A stretch of DNA of 64,000 nucleotides. It comes from Octopus vulgaris. Taxonomy: Eukaryota. How positions within the stretch are numbered: position 1 is the first letter of the stretch; each line of letters begins with the position of its first letter. Below the pieces are notes generated by a model, which saw only the letters and a list, made by a program, of their open reading frames with translations, searched no databases and was not told the origin of the DNA. A program made the translations under genes and the position numbers. This document shows, piece by piece, positions 13,101-31,279 of this stretch. The DNA lies in assembly GCA_951406725.2 (NCBI GenBank), contig OX597824.1, forward strand, positions 40,114,001 to 40,178,000. The letters are read 5' to 3'.

Positions 13101-13674
13101 GTATCATTATTAATCAGCCCATGAGGCTTCACCAGTTTCCTTTCTTTATCATTATTATTATTATTATCATCACTGATATCACTGATATTATTGTTTTTAT
13201 GTATAGTAGCAGCAGTGGTTGCAGAAACAGCAACAGTAGTAGGGGTAGGGATAGTGGTAAGGGTGGTAGATGGGCCTCAGATTCCTGTGCTATCATAATA
13301 GTAGTAGTTGTAGTATTATTATTGTAGTATTAGTAGAATTTAGCATTAGCAGCTGCAGCATGTTATTATTTCTTAAATTTGTATCGTTATCACCATCACC
13401 ACCACAACCATTGTTTGGGGAACTAGTTGGGTAGCAGTTTGGTAAATAGATCATATCCTACAGGTATATAAATAGACTCGGCAGATGGTGGGGAGGTCAG
13501 CCATAGAAACAAAGGGATTTTCGACCCTTTGGGCCAGCAGAGGTTAAAGTGTGTTTACTACTACCGGTGGCCACAGACCACTAAGAGCGCTGCTTTGAAA
13601 AGAAGAAATTCAACTTGTTCTATTTGTAATTACTGGTAGAAAAAACACTAATATATATATATATATATATATAT

Positions 13675-13848
13675 AACCTGAAGATTGCATAATTTAATGC
13701 ATGAAAGTACTAGTTCAATCAGAATGAACATTTAACATTCTATTATTTTATTTTATTTTATTTTATTATATTATCTTATATTATATCATTATAAGATTGT
13801 AAATAAAATGTGAAAATCAGACAAGGTTGGAATTCCTTTTATTAATAT
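13675..13848 (+). mobile_element. Hammerhead-bearing mini-element within (TA)n
   Basis: AAC-CUGAAGA-UUGCA-8 nt-UGCAU-GAAA-GUAC-UA-GUU at 13675-13715. Near-identical to both arms of 37090-37469. Confidence 0.75.
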
Positions 13849-13869
13849 ATATATATATATATATATATA

Positions 13870-15255
13870 TAGTGTAATAGATAAAATATATGCATACATA
13901 CAGACATATATGTACGTACCTACATCTACATGTACATATACATGCATATATAAATATATACGTAAGCACAGGACACCACAACTAGATGTAGAACTCAACG
14001 AGAAATGAAAACGGAAAAACAAGCATGGAGCAAACCATTTTTTTACAACAGAAAAACAGAGTACAAGACAAACTACACAAGGAAAAATCCCCTTCATCAG
14101 CTGTCCCTAGTTCGACTCTAGCGTGTTTCGAAGGTAAGACAGAACACGACTCGTCGAAACTAGCCCTTCCTGCGAGAGAATTAAAATAAAATTACTTCGC
14201 AGAGGGGTAAAAACAAGAAAGAAAACAATAAAATGTAACACAAACAGGACGTAAAAACGATACAAATAAAAATACAAAATAAATTACAAGATAAAAATAC
14301 ATGTACAAGAAAATACAATACGAGAAATAACAACACACAAGAAAACAAACGAAAAGGCCTTTTTCTGGTTTAGACGGAGGAGATTCTGGCAGCGCAAGGG
14401 AAAGCAAATGTGTGTTCACAGTTTGAAGGCCGCATGTAAAAAGGAAGTAGTTTTGGCTAGCAGTGACAAAGATGATGAGGAGTGAGAGAGAGAGAGAGAG
14501 AGGAAGACAAGCGGCTGAGAAAGAGATGAGGAAGAGTGAGAGAGAGAGAGAGAGAGAAGGGAATGTAAAGCAAAGAGATAAAGCAAAGAATTTCGCGTCA
14601 TAATTAATATATAAAACAGTACTTGGAGAGAAGAAGAACGGAACGAAACGAACGAATCGAATCGAATCGACGCGAGGGCGCTGTCAAACAATAGTGTAAT
14701 AAATAAAATATATGCATACATACAAACATATATGTACGTACCTACTTCTACATGTACATATACATGCATATATAAATATATACGTAAGTACAGGACACCA
14801 CAACTAGATGTAGAACTCAACGAGAAACGAAAACGGAAAAATAAGCATGGAGCAAACCATTTTTTTACAACAGAAAAACAGAGTACAAGACAAACTACAC
14901 AAGGAAAAATCCCATTCATCAGCTGTCCCTAGTTCGACTCTAGCGTGTTTCGAAGGTAAGACAGAACACGACTCGTCGAAACTAGCCCTTCCTGCGAGAG
15001 AATTAAAATAAAATTACTTCGCAGAGGGGTAAAAACAAGAAAGAAAAAAATAAAATGTAACACAAACAGGACGTAAAAACGATACAAATAAAAATACAAA
15101 ATAAATTACAAGATAAAAATACATGTACAAGAAAATACAATACGAGAAATAAAAATAAACAAGAAAACAAACGAAAGGGTCTTTTTCTGGCTTAGACGGA
15201 GGAGATTCTGGCAGCGCAAGGGAAGGCAAATGTGTGTTCACAGTTTGAAGGCCGC

Positions 15256-15257
<2 letters not shown>
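13870..15257. mobile_element. Non-coding element of two ~565-bp direct repeats around a ~256-bp spacer, within (TA)n
   Basis: 13870-14435 is near-identical to 14692-15257. There is no credible ORF and TA tracts flank both sides. Confidence 0.8.
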
Positions 15258-15299
<42 letters not shown>

Positions 15300-15347
15300 A
15301 TATATACCGATATTCACGTCGTTGAATTTTTTAAAGTTGCTGTTATA

Positions 15348-15440
<93 letters not shown>

Positions 15441-15650
15441 GAGGTGCGAGCTGGCAGAATCGTTAGCACGCTGGACAAAATGCTTAGCTGTATTTTACCC
15501 GTCGTTACGTTGAGTTCAAATTCCGCCGCGGTCGATTATGCCTTTCATCCTTTCGGGGCTGATAAATTAAGTACCAGTGTAACACTGGAGTCGATGTAAT
15601 CGACTAGTCCTCTCCCCACAAATTTCAGGCCTTCTGCCTATAGTTGAAAA
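15441..15650 (+). mobile_element. SINE family A (tail 2) following a long (TTA)n
   Basis: Head, B-box and central block. Confidence 0.82.
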
Positions 15651-15948
15651 TATGTCAATCATCATTGCAGCTGCTGTGCTTTCTGCATCAAAGTTACCAG
15701 CTTGTTTATTATTACTGCAGTGACTACCGCTGTCAATGAAAAATAGCAGAACCAAGTTTATGTACACAGTATTGGATGGCCGTTGACATTAATGAGTCCA
15801 TTGAGTTTGACAAGTTTTCGTTATTCATCCTGCAATATGTCCAATTACTCTTCTCACTAAGCAAGCCGACCCGAACTAGTTGTACTAAACTACATGTTGC
15901 CAGCTGCGCTCATACACACACACACACACACATATGTATATATGTATG

Positions 15949-17753
<1,805 letters not shown>

Positions 17754-18220
17754 CACACGTCTATTCCTTGTCCTCTCCACCACCACCACCACCACCACCA
17801 CCACTACCACTTTTATATGACCGAGACAATTTGTTCCAATTATGCATACATACATAGACATACAAATATGTATATATCATATATGCGTGAACGTATTTAT
17901 GTATGCATGTATGTATGAACGGATGTAGGTAAGTATGCATGTATGAATGTATATATGCATGTATGTATGTTTTTCTTTGTGATTTATTCAAGTACTTCTT
18001 AATGGAAGTCATGTCGCTAACAAAATGACAAGACTTGTTCAAGAAAGAGAATGCTCAGAATTTGTAAATATGTAGTTCACTTGGTGTGAGCATATGTGCG
18101 AATATAATCGCCGGCATTTACTTTTCAGTGTGAACATGTCTCTTTAGTGCTAAGGTGTGTATGTATGTATATGCATCATTATTTTTGGCAAATTGTTAGA
18201 ACTGCTTCGTGGTATTCACA

Positions 18221-18618
18221 AGGCGGCGAGCTGGCAGAAACGTTAGCACGCCGGGCGAAATGCGTAGCCGTATTTCGTCTGCCGTTACGTTCTGAGTTCA
18301 AATTCCGCCGAGGTCGACTTTGTCTTTCATCCTTTCGGGGTCGATTAAATAAGTACCAGTTACGCACTGGGGTCGATATAATCGACTTAATCCGTTTGTC
18401 TGTCCTTGTTTGTCCTCTCTGTGTTTAGCTCCTTGTGGGCAATAAAGAAATAGGTATTTCGCCCATCGCTACGTTCTGACTTCAAATTCCACCGAGGTTA
18501 CTTTACCTTTTATCTTTTCGGGGTCTATAAATTAAGTACCAGTGAAAACTGAGGTCGATATAATCGACTAGTCCCCTCCCCCAAAATTTCAGGCCTTGTG
18601 CCTTTAGTAGAAAAGATT
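18221..18618 (+). mobile_element. SINE family A (head, body, tail 1, body, tail 2)
   Basis: The second body begins at AGGTATTTCG near 18452. Confidence 0.88.
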
Positions 18619-18711
18619 ATTTTTTTTATATGCGTGTCCTTGTAGATGCGGTTAACTAAATGAAAGCATAGTCATTTAAAGCATCTCACACGGAGGATCT
18701 TTAGAATGTGG

Positions 18712-19003
18712 TGTATGTATGTATGTATGTATGTATGTATGTATGTATGTATGCATGTATGTATGTATGCATGCATGTATGTGTGTATGTATGCATACAT
18801 GTATGTATGTATGCATGTAAGTATGTATGTATGTATGTATGTATGTATGTATGTATGTATGTATGTATGCATGTATGTGTGTATGTATGCATGCATGCAT
18901 GTATGTATGTATGCATGTATCTATGTATGTATGTATGTATGTATGTATGTATGTATGTATGTATGTATGTATGTATGCATGTATGTATCTTTGTATGTAT
19001 GTA
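18712..19003. repeat. (TATG)n microsatellite
   Basis: Read directly. Confidence 0.95.
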
Positions 19004-19185
19004 TCTTTATCTGGTATGGTATTTCAGTGTCACATATGTTGATGAGAGATTCTGAGTTAGAAAAACCATTATTCGATGTTCGTGTAAAGATGATTTGATT
19101 TTCGTCAGAATGGAAGTTGACAGTTCAACAAGCAATCGCACTTAATACATTATTAGCAATAAGAATAACATTATTCTTACTTATT

Positions 19186-19402
19186 AAGGCGGCGAGCTGG
19201 CAGAAACGTTAGCACGCCAGGCGAAATGCTAAGCTGTATTTCGTTTGTCTTTATGGTTTATGTTCAAATTCCGCCGAAGTCGACTTTGCTTTTCATCCTT
19301 TCGGGGTCGATAACTTAAGTACCAGTTGTGTATTGGGGTCGATCTAATCGACTAGCCCCCTCCCCAAAAAATTCGTCCTTGTGCCCAGAGTAGAAAAGAT
19401 TA
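19186..19402 (+). mobile_element. SINE family A monomer (tail 2)
   Basis: Complete head and body. ATTATTCTTACTTATT occurs on both sides (19170-19185 and 19399-19414), consistent with a target duplication. Confidence 0.88.
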
Positions 19403-19489
19403 TTCTTACTTATTTCCCATTGTTCTTTCAGCTTTGTTCCACATGCTAATGAAATACTTGACAACTATACAATCCCACTACTACTGTAT

Positions 19490-19554
<65 letters not shown>

Positions 19555-19746
19555 ATTACCACTTTGATTTTGATTTTGTCTTGACGAGTTCGAAGACAAA
19601 CGAAAGCACTAATAAAGGGTTATCCAAATTCTAACTGCCTCATTTTTCTCAATATGCAACATCTGTATACCACTTCAAACCCACACACACACCTTCTATC
19701 TATCTATCTATCTCTCTCTCTCTCCCTCTCTGTATGTATGTATGTA

Positions 19747-19788
<42 letters not shown>

Positions 19789-21314
19789 CGTATATGTATG
19801 TATGTATGTATGTATGTACATATCATTCAACTACGGTAGTAGTTGACTAATATTCTTAAGGCTGCAATTTACTCACATGCAGCATCTTTCAGAGCTTGTC
19901 GCTAATTCGGTTCATAACCAAATTGAAAACTGTTAACACTTTTGAAGAAGACTGGTTTCTAGCTGCATTTTGGCATTAAAAAAAATTGAGATTTGGTCCA
20001 GCAGAAAAACAATTACCTCAAAATTTGTAGGAACCTTACAGGAGAGTAAGTAACGCCACCAATCAAGTTTAGATCTAAATAACACTTTTATATTAAAAGC
20101 AAAATATATTCTTCCTAGCTTCAATGATATAAGAAAGCATGAAGAATTTTATACTCTTGGCCCCATGCAATAAAAATTTGTATCAAAAAAGTTGTAAGGT
20201 AAAATATCATGAAAAATATGGGTATGGCAAAAAATTGGATTCAAGTATAATTAGCTTTTTTATTTGAAAAACAAACTATATTTTAATTAAGCTTAAATGA
20301 TGGAGCTCAATTCGAAGAATTTCACGGTATCAAACTCATGCAATGAAGTTTTGAAAGAAAAATGTTATGAGTGTTTGTTTCTCAAATTTGAGAGTGATAA
20401 TATAGTGCTATACTTTTTTTATGAATAGAGTTCTCTCCTTACTCTTTTACTTGTTTCAGTCATTTGACTGTGGCCATGCTGGAGCACCACCTTTTAGTCA
20501 AGTAAATCGACCCCCAGGACTTATTATTATGTAAGCCTAGTACTTATTCTATCGGTCTCTTTTGCCGAACCGCTAAGTTACGGGGACACTTAAAAGTAAG
20601 GGACTTTTAATATATGTCACCGGTATCATTGAGGTAAAGAAAAAATATAATCAACACCGCTAGTTGACACATTTGACACATTATTAATTCGCATAGCCTG
20701 GAAAAATCATGGGTTACATGGAAAAATGAGAGCAAGAGAAATAATATTCTTAAGATTATAATCTGGAAAAGTACAGGACAAGTTATTACATCTGGTAAAG
20801 TACAGAACACGAAACTTTTTACTTAAAATATTGCAGCCAAAGATAAAATCTGAATATTAAAAATTACTTGATTTTAATTTAAAATGTAACGTTATGATTT
20901 AAAAAGGTATCATCATTTTGTTAAAATATTGACACACTAGAATACTTAAAAAACGAGAACCAAAACATAGAAAAAGGAAAGATCCAAGGAAGGGAAGACG
21001 GAGGAAAAAATTGCCAACGATACACACGCGGTCACATTCTGTGTGTGTATGTATGTATGTATGTATGTATGTATGTATGTATGTATGTATGTATGTATGT
21101 ATGTATGTATGTATGCATTTGTGTGTTTGTGTGTCTGCATTTGTGTCCCACAAACACACACACAATCACTTGACAACTTAGCGGTTCGACAAAAGAGGCC
21201 GATAGAATAAATACTAGGCTTACGAAGAATAACCACTGGGGTCGATTTGTTCGACTAAAGGCGGTGCTCCAGCATGGCCGCAGTCAAATGACTGAAACAA
21301 GTAAAAGAATATAA

Positions 21315-21376
<62 letters not shown>

Positions 21377-21386
21377 AAATCCAATT

Positions 21387-21430
<44 letters not shown>

Positions 21431-21998
21431 AAATCCCGGTGGTGCGCATGGCAGAATTTTGGAGGGAAAATTTACGGATTCAATCGTCTACTTAGTTTTA
21501 CCCTCTATTTCTCCCCACTATTTGATGACGCCTGGTCAAAAGTGGAGGCTGATGGCATTTGATAAATCTAACGAAGATGGTGCTGAAGAAAGACATAAGG
21601 CAATTTCTCGCCTACGATCTTGAAACATGTTCACCATTAGCGGTAAGGCATTGTTTTCGTTTATTTACTCCTATTTTGCGTATGTGAATATGTCGTATAT
21701 GGAGCCCCCACTTGTAGAAAATGGAAATAAACAGTCTCTGATTGCTATTTCTAATTCTTTCGGTATACGGCAGAGCAACCTGTTGCCTGCCCTTTTACTT
21801 ATATATATATATATAAGTAAAATGGCTGTAGCGAGCTTTGAACTCAGAACATAAAGATCAAGAAGAAATATCACAAGGTATTGTACCTGGCTCTCTGGCA
21901 ATTCTTGATAATGTAATTGATAAGAAAAATATCACAGGTATTATAAACAGATTATTAGCTTTACATCTGCATAAAGAATAATGGAAAAATTAGAAATG

Positions 21999-22039
<41 letters not shown>

Positions 22040-22697
22040 GCACAAAATATATATATAACGTATTGTGGATTTGAAACCAATTGTTAAATATTACATACTT
22101 TTAGCACTGTAGGGACACCTAAGACTACGTTGTTGGTTTTGTATGTGTAATATTTCTTGTAATAAAGTTTTTAACTGCTGTATTTGGCCTCGTGGCACTA
22201 GGGAAAAAAAAGAACATTATATTTTTATAATGCAAGAACTTAAAGGAGACATTGCATATATGAGGTTTCAAGTGTCTCAGCCAACTAGAAACCATTAGAT
22301 TATAATTCTAAATACGATCAAAAAAACAAGTATGATAGAAAAGGATATACTTATGGCAAATTATATATAGTATTAATAAATGTAAATTTAAGTAAATATA
22401 AGGATATGTATGTAAGTATATGAAGACATATAATTTATACTTGAAACGAGTGATAAATTCTCGTCACAAGCATATGTGTGTGTGTGTGTGTGTGAGTGTG
22501 TGTGTGTGTGTGTGCATGTGCGTGTGTTCCAGTTGGTACCTTTTCCCCTTACGTTATTATGGATGTTCTTGTGAAAGACATTAAAGTTGCATTTCACTGG
22601 TTTCATCTTCAAAGAATATACGTTTTTCTTTTTCAATATTATGGGCACATCATCAGTTTATATATGTATGTGTGTGTCTGTGTGTGTGTGTGTATGC

Positions 22698-22768
<71 letters not shown>

Positions 22769-22770
22769 TT

Positions 22771-22807
<37 letters not shown>

Positions 22808-22862
22808 TCATGTATAATATATTATTCAAGTGCACACACACACACACGCACTCTTTATCTCT

Positions 22863-22923
<61 letters not shown>

Positions 22924-22925
<2 letters not shown>

Positions 22926-23296
22926 CGTAGGGGTGGCTGTGTGGCAAGTAGCTTGCTTACGAACCACATGGTTCCAGGTTCAGTCCTACAGCGTGGCACC
23001 TTGGGGAAACGTCTTCTACTATAGCCTTAGTAGTGAGTGGACTTGGTAGACGGAAACTGAAAGAAGCCTGTCGTATATATGCATATATATATATGTATGT
23101 GTGTCTGTGTTTATCCCCCCCAACATCACTTGACAATCGATGGTTGTGTGTTTACGTCCCCGTAACTTAGCGGTTCGGCAAAAGAGACCGACAGAATAAG
23201 TACTAGGCTTACAAAGAATAAGTTCTGGGGTCGATTTGCTCGACTAAAGGCGGTGCTCGAGCATGGCCACAGTCAAATGACTGAAACAAGTAAAAT
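22924..23296 (+). mobile_element. CORE-like tRNA-derived SINE family B with an internal (TA)n(TG)n tract
   Basis: Head GTGGCTGTGTGG..GGTTCAGTCC, MIR/CORE-like GGCACCTTGGG, and 3' end GTCAAATGACTGAAACAAGTAAAA. Partial copies lie at 20440-20590, 21165-21310, 27830-27970, 37746-37898 and 42573-42719. Confidence 0.85.
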
Positions 23297-23918
23297 AGTA
23301 TATATATATATATACACGCACGCACACACACATGTTGGAGATAACAACGAAAGTTTAGGGCTTTACAAACGATGTCCCTTCAGAAATTTATTCTGCATCT
23401 AGTAGGTACAGGTACAACAGAAACACTGGGGTCGATGTAATCGACTAGTCTCCTCCCCACCAGTTACAGGCCTTGTTTCTTTAGTAGAAAGGATTATTGG
23501 GAACTGTAAATTTTAACAAACTCCCAAGAGTCATATAGACCCCTGTTGACAACCACTATTTTAATATATAATTGAAGAACAGAAGAGAAGAATGATTTAA
23601 ATACATTGATTTTGGGTAGTGCATGGGCAACTGAAGACAGGACTAGAAATTTTAGGGTGACGTTATTTTTTAGTGCCTTAATTATATTTGATTATACAGT
23701 TTAAGTTTAACTTTTTTCGGTCATTCGACACCGGCCATGATGGAGAATTGTGTTGAATAGGTTTAGTCGAACAAATCGTCTCCAGTACTTACTTTTCAAG
23801 CCTAGTAATAATGTTATCGGTTTCTACCAAACTGCTAGATAATGGGCACATAAGCAAACCAACACAGGCTAAGTTCGTTTATGTCGTGGACAAAAACAAC
23901 ACAAACAAACACACACAC

Positions 23919-23968
<50 letters not shown>

Positions 23969-24191
23969 GTATAGGAAAGAATGGAGCTGAACGAAGATTT
24001 AACAAAATTCCTTTATTATCTTTCGAATTATCCGTAATAAGATAATTCATTTGTCTACCTATATATATATATATATATATATAACGGGAAGCTTTATGAA
24101 AATAAACAAAAGACGAAGGCAGGTGGAATACAAACAAACAATTGTATTAGTATGGCGCTCAGGAATATAAATAAAACAAGTCTTTTACGTT

Positions 24192-24222
<31 letters not shown>

Positions 24223-24806
24223 TGAGTATGTATGTATGTATGTTTAAATGGATTTCTTTCACTTTCTGTCGAGCAAGTTCACTCACAAGACGTTGGTCAG
24301 CAAGTGGAAAGGAACTTGCCCGAGGTGACAAGCAGTCGGATTGAACCATTGCAAATGCATTTGAGAGGCAAGTTTCTTACCAAACAGTCATGCCTTCATC
24401 TGATCACATTTGATTATTATAATCTGAAACGTCATAACCTCCAACCCAAATCCAATCAATTTCAAGCATTGCTTATTTACAAGGTTATAATTATCTTTCC
24501 ACCATTTGTAAGCATTCATAAACTGCATTATTGCAATGTTCAGTATTCACTTCTGTCTGATAATCGGTTACGTGAAACTCGAAATAACACCATACATATG
24601 TATGTGTATGTATGTATGTGTATGTATGTATGTATGTATGTATGTATGTATGTATATATGTATGTATGTATGTATGTATATATATATATATATATATGTA
24701 TGTATATATATAAATATATATATATATGTAAGTATGCATATATGTATATATATCTTTATATATATATATATATATATATATACATACATACATACATACA
24801 TACATA

Positions 24807-24869
<63 letters not shown>

Positions 24870-25197
24870 ACATTTGCATATAAATATACGTATGTATGCA
24901 CACATATATACCTATGTGTATATATTTATGCATACATGTATATACACACAGCTTACAAACACACACATACACACACACTCACACACTCACACACTCACAC
25001 ACTCACATACATGTGACCATCTGTACATTTCCATTACATGTATTCCAGTTGTTCAAACGTACTAATTGTTTATGAAATTGAAGCTTTGAGTTCTACAGAC
25101 ACGTACGCCATTATCGTAATTTCCATGCAGAATCGGCATGACATTTTATGTGCATACATACATGAATACATGCATACACATATACATCCATACGTGA

Positions 25198-25234
<37 letters not shown>

Positions 25235-25321
25235 AATTCATAAGCATATACTGTGTACATATATATGTATTATATGTGTGTATTAATCGAGATACACACA
25301 AATATATACTTATATATATAT

Positions 25322-25355
<34 letters not shown>

Positions 25356-25361
25356 GCATAG

Positions 25362-25668
<307 letters not shown>

Positions 25669-26230
25669 GGGATTTTAATAATTGTAACATAACAGCGTTT
25701 GGACGGAAACACCCGTGTATTAACTCCATCAGGTTAACTTCTCTCCCGATAATTTATTAACCATAAATACAGCTTTCCCAGTTAACAGGATTCGTTTATG
25801 GTTTAGTAATTTCTCAAATTGCATTATGGGTCGCATCACCTCTCGTTTCTCTAGTACATTTCATCGAAAATTCTTGCACTAAAATTAGTCGAAGAATATA
25901 ATTTAGATTTTACTTCTTTTTCCTCCTTTTCTTTTCTTTTTTTTTTTTTGTGTGCAGTACCAATGAATATCGTTCTGACTGAATATATGCGAAAAGGTTT
26001 TGTCACATGGAAAAATTCCCCATGTGGAAGTGGAGACGGGAATAGGCTTGGCGTTGGGAGCAGTGAAGGGATATGACATCATCCTTCTAGATTTTTACGA
26101 AAACATGCCCCAGCGCTTTACCCCTTGTTTTTAAATTCATGCGACACTGCGTCTCTCACACTTTCAGTCTAACTCACCGATTCCTTTGCTTTCTCATTTT
26201 CTATGTCTATTTCTCTCTCTCTTTCTCTAT

Positions 26231-26262
<32 letters not shown>

Positions 26263-26326
26263 CTTGCTATCTATCTCTGTATACTCATACACAGAAGCAG
26301 ACACACATGTATATACATATATTTAT

Positions 26327-26695
26327 GGCTGTGTTGTAAGAAGCTTGCTTCCGAGCCACATGGTTCTGGGTTCAGTCCCATTGAATGGCACCTTAGGCAA
26401 GTATCTTCTACCATAGCTATAGACTGACCAAAGCCTTGTGAGTTAATTTGGTAGACGGGAACTGAAAGAAGCCCGTCGGATAAATATATATGCTTGAGTG
26501 TTTGTGTTTGTCCCACCCCACCATCTCTTGACAACCGATGTTGGTGTGTTTACGTCCCCGTAACTTAGCGGTTCGGTAAAATCGACCGATACAATAAGTG
26601 CTAGAATAAATTTTGAGGTCGATTTGTTCGACCAAAGGCGGTTCTCCAGAATGGCCACTATCAAATGACTGAAAAAAGCAAAAGAATAAAAGAAT
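26327..26695 (+). mobile_element. SINE family B
   Basis: Colinear with 22924-23296. Confidence 0.85.
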
Positions 26696-26744
26696 GTGTT
26701 TGTGTGTGTGTGTTTATATGTATGCATATAAAAATTGTGCTGCC

Positions 26745-27368
<624 letters not shown>

Positions 27369-27615
27369 CTTCAAGTTCTAAATCTTGGTCTTTTTCCGAA
27401 CCAAATATTAAATTCTATATTTTTACCTCGCCTGAAGAAAACGTTTTTATACATGATGTAATCGGTTTATTCATCAATGCAAAACGCGTCTGAAACAGCT
27501 GTAGTCAGTCTTAACGCATTTGATCTCTTTCTTTACTTAAGTGTACATACACACACACGCACATATATACATATGTGTTCGTGGGTAGGTGTGGGATATG
27601 TGTGTGTTTTGTATT

Positions 27616-27648
<33 letters not shown>

Positions 27649-27781
27649 TACATATGTACATACGCATGTATATATTTATGTATTTATATATAGATACATA
27701 CACATATACATATTTATACTATGTACATATATATTTTTATACATATTTGCACATATGTATAAGTGAATATATATATAAGTG

Positions 27782-27830
<49 letters not shown>

Positions 27831-28028
27831 TTTTATTCTTTTACTTGTTATAGTCATTTGACTGCAGCCATACTAGAGCACCCCCTTTAGTCGAAGAACT
27901 CTACCCCAGGACTTATTCTTTGTAAACCTAGTACTTATTCTATCGTTTCGTTTGCCGAACCGCTAAGTTACGCTAAGATAGATAGACAGATGGATGGATA
28001 GATGGATGGATGAATTAATGGATGGACG

Positions 28029-28078
<50 letters not shown>

Positions 28079-28118
28079 TAGATAGACAGAGTTGCCCATG
28101 TTTTTTGGGGTTTTTTTA

Positions 28119-29852
<1,734 letters not shown>

Positions 29853-30240
29853 TACTTGATGGTATCACGAAAGTCCTGTGGGAGACCCGACTTTCTGAAT
29901 TCTTTTACGCGCGCACTCTAGAAACAAACACAAACACAGTATATATATTGTTCTCTGTCTTGAGGGAGACTAATACCACTGTTTTAACTTGTATAACTTC
30001 CTTTATCTCTTAATACCTAAATATATTTTTTAATCGCTCGGGTTTTCCCCTGCTGTGTATGACAGACTGAATTCATTGTGACGATGTGGTTTTTATGGGT
30101 TTTTATGGTTAAATGTATATATATTGCTACGATGTATATTACACACGTATTTTTCTAAGTATTTACCTTTAAAAGAGGTTGAGCTCAGTGTTTCAGTAGC
30201 ATTTATCAGCTCTTTCCATTCTAATTTTTCGTTATGCCAA

Positions 30241-30566
30241 GACGCATGCCTCAGTGATTAGAGCGTTGGGCTCACAATCATGAGGTAGTGAGTTCGATTC
30301 TCGGACCGGAATATGTGCTGTGTTTTTGAGCAAAACACTTTATTTCACGTTGCTCCAGTTCACTCAGCTGTAGAAATGAATTGCGAAGTCACTGGTGTCA
30401 AGCTGTATCGGTCTTTGCCTTTCCCTCGGATAACATTGGTAGTGTACAGAGAGGAGGCCGGTATGCATGATCGACTGCTGGTCTTCCATAAACAACCTTG
30501 CTCGGGCTTGTTCCTCGGAGGGTAATTTTCAAGATGCAATCCCATGGTCATTCATGACCGAAGGGT
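30241..30566 (+). mobile_element. SINE family C
   Basis: A-box and B-box (GAGTTCGATTC), and the same body as 6567-6895. Confidence 0.85.
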
Positions 30567-30580
30567 CTTTACTCTTTACA

Positions 30581-30613
<33 letters not shown>

Positions 30614-30621
<8 letters not shown>

Positions 30622-30714
30622 TAAATTACAGATAAAACCACTATCAGGCAAATCAAACAGTGAAAGACATAAACCATTGCCTAATAGTGGTTTTATCTCT
30701 AATTTAATTTATAT
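30614..30714. repeat. Fold-back with ~38-bp arms between (TA)n and (TTA)n
   Basis: ATATAAATTAAATTACAGATAAAACCACTATCAGGCAA and its reverse complement, with 2 mismatches. Confidence 0.9.
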
Positions 30715-30781
30715 TTACACTGTGAAATTTGATTTAATCCTAAATCTAATTTTTTCCTGTAAGTTTGGGTATACTCCCTAA

Positions 30782-30854
<73 letters not shown>

Positions 30855-30957
30855 TATAATGCATTTGATAAGTACGTTTCATATCATTAATGACAGAAAA
30901 GAGAATTCATCTATTGCGCAACATCTAAAGTCATTACAAGTTACCCAGTCCTTAATC

Positions 30958-31279
30958 CATGGTTCCGTGGTTAGAGCGTTGGGATCCGTGGTTAGAGGTA
31001 GTGAGTTCGATTCCAGGACCAAGTTATATGTTGCGTTTTTGAGTAAGACACTTTATTTTATGTTGCTCCAGTTCATTCAGCTACAGAAATGAGTCGCGAC
31101 GTGACTGATGCCAAACTGTAACGGCTTTTTGCCTTTCCCTTGGATAACATCGTTGTCGTGTAGAGGGGGTCTGGTATGCATGGGTGACGGCTGGTCTTCC
31201 ATAAACAACCTTGCTTGGACTTGTGCCTCGGGGGGTAACTTTCTAGGTGCAATCCAATGGTCATTCATGACCGAAGGGG
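30958..31279 (+). mobile_element. SINE family C
   Basis: Homologous to 30241-30566. 5' fragments also occur at 33778-33908 and 49683-49830. Confidence 0.85.

Noticed and set aside
14090-14170. Hammerhead in the 565-bp repeat
   Set aside because: The core boxes are present, but their order and pairing do not give a consistent three-way junction by eye.
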